DNA of 64,000 nt, from sequence record ON287376.1; one strand, 5' to 3'. The position numbers were made by a program, and so were the translations under genes. Below are positions 57,573-64,000 of this stretch, piece by piece. The notes beneath the pieces are model-generated. The model worked only from the letters and a program-made list of their open reading frames with translations, was not told the origin of the DNA and searched no databases. The stretch's first letter is position 1; each line of letters starts with the position of its first letter.

Positions 57573-58358
57573 ATGATTGAGAACAAAATGGTTCAGACAC
57601 TTAACGACCCTCGTTCTGGTCTGAATAACTCTCAAAAGAAACTGGCTGTTGCTAACTCGGTTAAAAGTGTAGCTGAGCAAGTTCTGGGTGGCGTCTATAA
57701 CTACGCAGTACTGATCGCAGCATTGACTGATGAGAAATTCAACGTCAACCCTAAGATTCGTATCGTTGCCAAAGGTGACGTTAACGATTATCAGGTCGAC
57801 GAAGACGGAGAGGATTCCGTTATCCTTTCGGTTAACCCTAAGTTGCTGAACCTGGCTAACTTGGCAGACTTCAAAGTAGCAGTAGGCGCTGCTATGAAGA
57901 AAACCCAGGGACTGAACCCTACCGAAGCTCTGCGTACTACCGGCACCCTGATTACTACTTACAGTAACTCACTGGTTATGGATTACAACGAAGCTAAGGA
58001 AGATGTCCGTGACCAGATGTTCGCTTCTCTGGCTACCAACGTCTTCAACTATCTGCGTAACTACACGCCGGATGTTATCTCTAACATTGCCGACGCCACG
58101 GTATTTAAAGATACCTGGGTAACCGCAGGTAAGAAATACCAGCACGAAGAGAACGACGTAAACGGCCTGGTTAATCGCTGTACGTTTGCTCTGTTCGAAA
58201 TCATCTACGGTATCCTGGCAGCAGATGCACGTATCTTCTACGGCCACTATAAAACCGTAGCAGCAGCAACAGACCGTACTCAAAACGGCGGGATTGATAT
58301 TCGTACTGGGACTGACGAATTCATCACGACTTACCTGATGCTCTGCCTGCGCGACTAA
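57573..58358 (+). CDS. Hypothetical protein
   Basis: 261 aa, biased codons, upstream TATG. Confidence 0.7.
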   Translation: MIENKMVQTLNDPRSGLNNSQKKLAVANSVKSVAEQVLGGVYNYAVLIAALTDEKFNVNPKIRIVAKGDVNDYQVDEDGEDSVILSVNPKLLNLANLADFKVAVGAAMKKTQGLNPTEALRTTGTLITTYSNSLVMDYNEAKEDVRDQMFASLATNVFNYLRNYTPDVISNIADATVFKDTWVTAGKKYQHEENDVNGLVNRCTFALFEIIYGILAADARIFYGHYKTVAAATDRTQNGGIDIRTGTDEFITTYLMLCLRD

Positions 58359-58374
58359 ATCAAAATAATTTCAA

Positions 58375-58396
58375 GTATATATCACTACTTTGCAAG
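58375..58396 (+). promoter_or_regulatory. Candidate early (virion RNAP) promoter
   Basis: GTATATATCACTACTTTGCAAG, near-identical to 18048-18069. Confidence 0.65.
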
Positions 58397-58464
58397 CGGA
58401 TAATAGAGTGCACTTTCTTATCCGCTATTTTACCTTTCGATAAAATCCATATGGAGTTAAAACA

Positions 58465-58920
58465 ATGTCTGACGTTAAAGCAAAAGAAGTAACCCTGGAA
58501 ATCTCTGCCGACATCCGTACTCTGGCTGACAAGCTGAAAGAGAACATGACTATCAGCGAACACGGCGTAATGACCGTCGCAGAAAATTCCTTCCTGGACA
58601 ACGCACCGAAAGAAGTGAAAGAACACTTCGCATCTGTCCAAAACTACGAAAGCGCTTTCGCAACTTCCCTGATGCTGGCCGGCGGCGAAAACGCCATCGA
58701 CTTCCTGAAGTCCAACAAAGAAGTGAAACGCGTTGCCGGCGTAGTCGCCACTGGTAATACTCAGATGGCGTTCAACTACACCGCACCAACCGGCCGTAAG
58801 CAAGACGGCACCATGAAAGATCCTTCCATCAGCACCGTGTATCGTCGCAAAGAGCACGAAGATCACACGGCGGTTCGCCAGGCGCTGACTGAGAAGACCC
58901 GCACGACTCTGTTCGATTAA
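58465..58920 (+). CDS. Small, probably highly expressed protein
   Basis: 151 aa, GGAG RBS, strong codon bias. Confidence 0.75.
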   Translation: MSDVKAKEVTLEISADIRTLADKLKENMTISEHGVMTVAENSFLDNAPKEVKEHFASVQNYESAFATSLMLAGGENAIDFLKSNKEVKRVAGVVATGNTQMAFNYTAPTGRKQDGTMKDPSISTVYRRKEHEDHTAVRQALTEKTRTTLFD

Positions 58921-59007
58921 TCGAAACAGATCGGCGTTGAAACAAACGGGAGGGGATTACCTCTCCCGATAATTCTCCAGAAACAAAAAAGACTGAGGTC
59001 TATTGTC

Positions 59008-59580
59008 ATGACGACTACCAATACCATCATCGATAAAGCAGTAGAAGAAGCAAAGAACCTGGGTAAGGAAGTTCGCCAATCTCTGCTGGGTAACGTTAAC
59101 GGTAACGACTTCGTTGCTATCGACCAAACGTATCCAACGATGATCGAAACTGATGCCACTCCGGCTACGCGCCGCGTAAACCGCGAAAAGCATCAGGAGT
59201 ACCTGGATCGCGTAAGTAAGATGATCCTGACTCACTCCCTGTTCCTCGGCCTGGGCATCGAGCCTCCTACGGGTCACGCGCTGAAGAAAGAGCTGGCAGC
59301 TGAGCTGGCTACCGAATGCAACGCAACCTTCACCAAACAAGCCAGCGCCGAACACGGCGAGATCTATTCGACTACAGTCGAACTGGAAGATGCGCAATAC
59401 CGCTTCCTGGAAACCGATCTGTGGCTGGCATACCTGCGCGCGATCCACTTCGCCGTAACCCGTAATGATCCGGATCTGACCGAAATCATCAACCGCAAGC
59501 TGGCGGCTGAAAACGGCCTGAACGATGCCGAATGGCTGGATGCTGCTTATAAAGCAGACGAAGCTAAAAAGGCAAGTTAA
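59008..59580 (+). CDS. Hypothetical protein
   Basis: 190 aa, GAGGT RBS, strong codon bias. Confidence 0.75.
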   Translation: MTTTNTIIDKAVEEAKNLGKEVRQSLLGNVNGNDFVAIDQTYPTMIETDATPATRRVNREKHQEYLDRVSKMILTHSLFLGLGIEPPTGHALKKELAAELATECNATFTKQASAEHGEIYSTTVELEDAQYRFLETDLWLAYLRAIHFAVTRNDPDLTEIINRKLAAENGLNDAEWLDAAYKADEAKKAS

Positions 59581-59590
59581 TCCAATAGAC

Positions 59591-59614
59591 GGAGGGGAGC
59601 AAAAGCTCCCCTCC
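59591..59614 (+). terminator. Hairpin after 59008 gene
   Basis: GGAGGGGAGC-AAAA-GCTCCCCTCC. Confidence 0.65.
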
Positions 59615-59701
59615 CCTATAACCGAATTTTACTGAGTAAGCAGACTTAGTCAGTAATGTTTGGAGAAAAGTCGAAAGACCTTTAGGGTACCTTCGGGTAT
59701 C

Positions 59702-59740
59702 AGAGAGGGGCCCAAGGAATCGGGCCCCTCTCTATTTTTT
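59702..59740 (+). terminator. Strong intrinsic terminator
   Basis: AGAGAGGGGCCC-AAGGAATC-GGGCCCCTCTCT then a long T tract. Confidence 0.8.
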
Positions 59741-59804
59741 TGTTGCTTTTCTTTTTTTGTCTTTTTTTACAATGGTCTGAGATGTCTATAGGAGGAATTT
59801 TTGG

Positions 59805-60230
59805 ATGACTCAGATATTAGAAGTTTTTACAGGAAGAATTCAGGATTGGAGAGAATGGCATAACAGCGACGTCCTCTTCTATGACATTACTCTGAAATCT
59901 GGCGACAGAGTATTTGCACCATCGGCCGAACTGCTCTATCCGTATAAGCAAGGATTAATTAACTCCAGGGAATATGGTGAGATTTACTATCGACTATTAC
60001 GACAACGCTACAGGAAAGACCCTGAGCCTTTCGAGTGGTTGATTAGACAACGACGGATTGTATTAACCTGCTACTGCGGACACGGTAAGTTCTGCCATCG
60101 CCACTTGCTGAAAAGACCCCTTCGTAAACTATGTGAAAAAGAAGGGATACTCTTTATTGATCGCGGAGAACCACAATGGCAGTCACCACTCGTCGACCCG
60201 GAGAGCCGGGAACGGAGAAGCGGAAGGTAA
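59805..60230 (+). CDS. DUF488-family-like protein
   Basis: FAPSAELL..Y..YYRLLRQR..IVLTCYC....FCHRHLL; GGAGG RBS. Confidence 0.75.
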   Translation: MTQILEVFTGRIQDWREWHNSDVLFYDITLKSGDRVFAPSAELLYPYKQGLINSREYGEIYYRLLRQRYRKDPEPFEWLIRQRRIVLTCYCGHGKFCHRHLLKRPLRKLCEKEGILFIDRGEPQWQSPLVDPESRERRSGR

Positions 60231-60742
60231 ATGAAGAACGTGAACGTTTGAAGGATACGATTAAAGTTAATCCTGTCCTGTTCATGGAACATTTGCGTAT
60301 GTCGGAAACACTCAAACCCTTGTGCGAGTTATACGACACCAACGTAAGTCAGCTGACCCATGTGGTACATGAGTTATTCATGCATACACCTCGGCAGATG
60401 ATGGAACCTACCCGAAGACTCTGTCTGACCAATCGACGTATTACTGAAGGTGAGTACCGCGAGATCCCCAACTTGAAAACGGACAGTGAGTTTGGGCGTG
60501 CAGTAGAAGATCTGTTCCCTGGCTTTAAATATCTGGCAGGGAAAGCGGCAAAAAATAAAGATGAGATCTACGACGTATACGGTTATCGTAGCGATAACGT
60601 ATTGTTCGTTGCACTGGAGCGCCCTGACTCTTCTTTATTGGGTACTTGTTATATATCGGCTTACGGGAAAGTCAAAGCTAAACAGACCCGTCCTTTAAGC
60701 TTCCCTAAGAAAGCATTCGAAGACTTGTTTGGCATCTGTTAA
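60176..60742 (+). CDS. Hypothetical protein
   Basis: 188 aa; GGAG RBS 7 nt upstream; overlaps the DUF488 gene by 55 nt. Confidence 0.6.
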   Translation: MAVTTRRPGEPGTEKRKVNEERERLKDTIKVNPVLFMEHLRMSETLKPLCELYDTNVSQLTHVVHELFMHTPRQMMEPTRRLCLTNRRITEGEYREIPNLKTDSEFGRAVEDLFPGFKYLAGKAAKNKDEIYDVYGYRSDNVLFVALERPDSSLLGTCYISAYGKVKAKQTRPLSFPKKAFEDLFGIC

Positions 60743-60786
60743 TTCTATGAGCTGAACTAAAAGTTTTATTTCAATGGAGTTTACCC

Positions 60787-61353
60787 ATGTACGTTGAGTT
60801 ATTCGGACGTCCTAAATTTGAGATCCTTGCTGACCTCATCACTGTACAGAACAACGTGACCCCAGCACTGAACGCCAGCTACCTGACGTTTGGCGACGTT
60901 AAAGGCGCAACTGTTCCTGGTACTGAAGAACGCGTGAGCGTTCCTGTAACCGGTCGTAGCCCTTATAGCGGTCAACGTGTGTTCACGTATACCCGTATCG
61001 ATCTGAACAAACTGCTGGGCGCCCAGGGCCCTTCCCTGATCCTGCCAGAGACAGCCAACACCGTAACGGATCTGCTGCCGCTGATTCAGACCAAATACAA
61101 AATCTACATCGATGAAGTTGACGTAGCTAACGCAACTGAACTTCTGCCGTTCATCCCGGAAGGCGAAACTGCGGTCGTCACTGTACAGACTAAAGCAGGT
61201 ACGGATTACAACTCCCACGTCTGGAGCGGTAACCTGGACATCACTATCACCGGCGGCATGAAAATGCCACGCGGCGCAATCCTTACCGAATCTGGTAAAG
61301 CGATTACGACCGAGAACGATAAGTTCATCGTCACTGAACAAGGCGGTAATTAA
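60787..61353 (+). CDS. Virion protein, possible tailspike adaptor
   Basis: GRSPYSGQRVFTYTRIDL domain like 2586/5152; C-terminal ILTESGKAITTENDKFIVTE. Confidence 0.55.
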   Translation: MYVELFGRPKFEILADLITVQNNVTPALNASYLTFGDVKGATVPGTEERVSVPVTGRSPYSGQRVFTYTRIDLNKLLGAQGPSLILPETANTVTDLLPLIQTKYKIYIDEVDVANATELLPFIPEGETAVVTVQTKAGTDYNSHVWSGNLDITITGGMKMPRGAILTESGKAITTENDKFIVTEQGGN

Positions 61354-61458
61354 TCGCATAGTTGCTCTCCCGGACCTTCATGGTCTGGGGGAGTCTATGT
61401 TCATATGTAATTCTTTCTTTTTTGACACGAAACCCCAGTCTCGACGCTAGAGGTATTA

Positions 61459-63675
61459 ATGGCTAACTCAAGCTTAGGCAATCGTATTTCGGAACTCCCA
61501 CGTTCTACGAGATCGATCAACGATGCCGACTTAACCCCGATTTCTCAAATCAAAACCAACAATCCGGAAACCGTAGCGGCAACCGTCGGTGACATTCGTG
61601 CCACCTTGGATTTTGATAATGCTTATAATTCCATCCCAGAAGGCCTGGCAGGGACTTTCCCTGAAGAGCGCTTCTATGTTTACACCGATAACTCAAAACG
61701 CTTTGTAAACGGCTACATCAACAAAAACGGCGTATCTGAAGTTATCCTCGACAAATCAGGTCAACCTCGTCGCTGGGCTACCCCGCTCTATATGCTCGCT
61801 ATCGGTGAGCAATCTATCACAGTAGCTTCTGTTGACCAGATGCGTATCATGGCTCCGCAAGTTGACGGCCAAGTCGTACGTATGCGTAACTTCCGCCAGG
61901 GTAACGTTCAGTACAAAAACGGTGGCGATTGGGTTTACGACGCTAACGACAAAACCACCAAAGACGACGGCGTGATGTGTGTTGTTACCAACACCGGCGA
62001 ACGTTTCAAGCGTGACATCTCTAGCGGCTCTATCGAAACCGATTGGTTCTTCGACCCGGTAATGGATATCGCAGACTATAGTCTGACGCTGAACAAAGCC
62101 GCTGAGTGGGTGGAAGTAAAAGGTACTGAGTGGTGGCAGACCTGGTTACCAAGCACCCCAGCTTACATTACCATGGTAGGTCCTGGCGGTGTTCGTACCT
62201 GTAAGAAACCAGTATGGCTCCGTATGTGGGCCGTGAGCTGGGACTTCCGTGGTACTTTGCTGGACTTCACTGGAGGTGCTGTCGGTCAGACCAACGTCTC
62301 CGTAGTCTACGGTCACCGTAACTCTACACTGAGCAACCTGCGCATGTTATCCAGCGTAGCGTTGAAGCAGAAGGGTATCAACGTCTCAACGACTTCCGGT
62401 AACATTCACGGTCTGTCCGCAGCGTTCCTGAACTTCAACAACATCTCAATCAACCGTCACGACATTGCTTGGGATCTGGGCGATAACTGCTACCTGAACA
62501 ACTGGTTCCAGTGCACCACTCAAGGCTGCCGTCTGCCAATCAACGCACCTAAGTCTGCAAACGCCGGGGAAACTCTGGTATGGACTAAGTGTATCTTCGG
62601 TGACGGCATTGGCCCTTACCTGAACACAGGTATGTCGATGACCTTCCACGGTTGCTCGTTCGACTACTCCGGTTACAAAACCGAAGCTGACCAATTGGCT
62701 AATGCTGAGAAAGAAGGTTTATTCAATATCGATAACTGTACGGTTCTGATGTATGGTTGCGGTAACGAATATGGTAACTTGAACAGCCGGTGGTCAGGTC
62801 CAGTATGGAGAGGTACGGGTATTATCAAGCTCTACGAATGTCAGTGGATCTTGACTACTTCAAGTACAGTCGAACCTAACGAAACGACACCGCACTTGGT
62901 ACACAACTACTACTTCGAAGATACTTCTGCCGACCTGTCGTCCAAGGTCTATCTGGAAGGGTTCTACGTCCCTAACCCTGACTTGAACCGATTCTCCGGT
63001 AGTTGGACTAATGGCTGCTTCATCAAAGTCACTGAGTCTTATCCAGGTCGTTATAAGGACATGTGGCGTAACTACACGCTAGGTAAGGGAGCTAACATGT
63101 TAATCTCCCCTAACCCTAACAACGTTGGTTACTTGACCATCAACCGTCCTCGTTGCTCTGGCGGTACTGTGGTTTCTCCTACTGAGACTTCTCTGTTCAA
63201 AGTGACTACTAACGGCAACAAGTTAGTGATCACCAGTTCAGATACTACCAAGGCACCCAAGACCTTCAGTTTCTACACTAAGGGTAAAGCGGGTAACTGG
63301 TACGGTTCTCAGTTGACCGTTAACGGTAACCGTGACATGACCGATGTACGTATTGCAACTAACTGCTTCGGTGTAGTGGGTTACGTAGCTCAGGACAACA
63401 GCATCACCTCGTTGGGCGAGCAACGTCAAACTTGGAACGCCGGTCTTCAGGGTATTAAGACCACGCCTCAGACTACTCCAGGTATGCGCATGACGCAGTT
63501 GGGTACGAGTGAATACCTGCCACTTTGTCCTCCGGGTACCGAGTGGGTTCGTGTCTCTATCGAGATGACTAACTTTGGCATTGCAGCCGGTGAAGCTCCA
63601 GCGGTATTGGAAATCACTGACTTCTACGCTTGCGAAATTGGCATCTGTCGCGACACCAACCACCGCGTTTGGTAA
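61459..63675 (+). CDS. Tailspike / putative polysaccharide depolymerase
   Basis: RISELP N-terminal anchor; tailspike-N-like domain (SVDQMR..DGQVV..GGDWVYD..DDG..TGERFKR); Asn/Gly/Cys-rich beta-helix-like body; beta-sandwich-like C-terminus. Confidence 0.8.
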   Translation: MANSSLGNRISELPRSTRSINDADLTPISQIKTNNPETVAATVGDIRATLDFDNAYNSIPEGLAGTFPEERFYVYTDNSKRFVNGYINKNGVSEVILDKSGQPRRWATPLYMLAIGEQSITVASVDQMRIMAPQVDGQVVRMRNFRQGNVQYKNGGDWVYDANDKTTKDDGVMCVVTNTGERFKRDISSGSIETDWFFDPVMDIADYSLTLNKAAEWVEVKGTEWWQTWLPSTPAYITMVGPGGVRTCKKPVWLRMWAVSWDFRGTLLDFTGGAVGQTNVSVVYGHRNSTLSNLRMLSSVALKQKGINVSTTSGNIHGLSAAFLNFNNISINRHDIAWDLGDNCYLNNWFQCTTQGCRLPINAPKSANAGETLVWTKCIFGDGIGPYLNTGMSMTFHGCSFDYSGYKTEADQLANAEKEGLFNIDNCTVLMYGCGNEYGNLNSRWSGPVWRGTGIIKLYECQWILTTSSTVEPNETTPHLVHNYYFEDTSADLSSKVYLEGFYVPNPDLNRFSGSWTNGCFIKVTESYPGRYKDMWRNYTLGKGANMLISPNPNNVGYLTINRPRCSGGTVVSPTETSLFKVTTNGNKLVITSSDTTKAPKTFSFYTKGKAGNWYGSQLTVNGNRDMTDVRIATNCFGVVGYVAQDNSITSLGEQRQTWNAGLQGIKTTPQTTPGMRMTQLGTSEYLPLCPPGTEWVRVSIEMTNFGIAAGEAPAVLEITDFYACEIGICRDTNHRVW

Positions 63676-63680
63676 AATAG

Positions 63681-63705
63681 AGGAGAGGGCTTCGGCCCTC
63701 TCCTT
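63681..63705 (+). terminator. Hairpin with UUCG loop between tailspike genes
   Basis: AGGAGAGGGC-TTCG-GCCCTCTCCT-T. Confidence 0.75.
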
Positions 63706-63751
63706 ATATCGTTTCCTATGAAATCTAAACAGACTTTGTAAGGTAAATAAA

Positions 63752-64000
63752 ATGGTTGATCAGGTTAAAATATCTGAGCTCGGTAAGGCTACTGTTGTAC
63801 GGGAAAGTGATGTTATTCCTTTAAACAACACCACGACCAGAGGTCTTCCTATTACTAAAGGAGCCAGTGTTGACAACTTAAGAAGTTGTTTCAATTTTGA
63901 ACACGCCTTCTCAAGTGTAGACGAAGGTATTTCCAATACCAATTCTGATGAAGTATTCTACGTTTTTACTGACTCCAATAAAGTGATGGTCGGTAAATAT
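63752..64000 (+). CDS. Second tailspike paralog, 5' part only (runs off the window; not in the ORF track)
   Basis: MVDQVKISELGKATVVRESDVIPL..FNFEHAFSSVDEGISNTNSDEVFYVFTDSNK parallels RISELP..LDFDNAYNSIPEGLAGTFPEERFYVYTDNSK; AAGGT RBS. Confidence 0.8.
   Translation, partial: MVDQVKISELGKATVVRESDVIPLNNTTTRGLPITKGASVDNLRSCFNFEHAFSSVDEGISNTNSDEVFYVFTDSNKVMVGKY

Noticed and set aside
58360-59448. Minus-strand ORFs 58360-58866 and 58957-59448
   Set aside because: Mirror frames of codon-biased plus-strand genes.
59629-59701. tRNA or hammerhead ribozyme
   Set aside because: No T-loop/anticodon cloverleaf, and CTGAGTA does not match the CUGANGA core; kept only as a generic sRNA candidate.
60231-60251. 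ATG right after the DUF488 stop, suggesting a frameshifted gene
   Set aside because: Encodes only six residues; the 60176 start has a good GGAG RBS.
60799-61359. 186-aa antisense ORF
   Set aside because: Shadow of 60787-61353.

Overview
A 64-kb segment of a phiKZ-like jumbo myovirus genome (Chimalliviridae-type). The gene content and order match my recollection of the phiKZ gp128-gp182 / SPN3US tail-vRNAP-protease region; an enterobacterial host is only an inference. It encodes baseplate and virion proteins, RuvC, thymidylate kinase, a lysis module (holin candidate plus embedded Rz/Rz1 spanins), tail fibres, a central spike, SbcC, RNase H, UvsX/RecA, a tape measure protein with a lytic transglycosylase domain, four pieces of the split virion RNA polymerase, the prohead protease, two small-gene islands behind a shared 22-nt promoter-like motif, and the start of a tailspike array. 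The main hidden feature is a 1682-nt group I intron (49923-51604) splitting the virion RNAP beta gene at a conserved active-site-proximal motif (YDD|PKR). An HNH homing endonuclease gene is looped out of its P1 helix, preceded by an apparent late-promoter/RBS-hairpin switch. No tRNA, rRNA or CRISPR array was seen. Homolog numbers are from memory and synteny, not from database searches.
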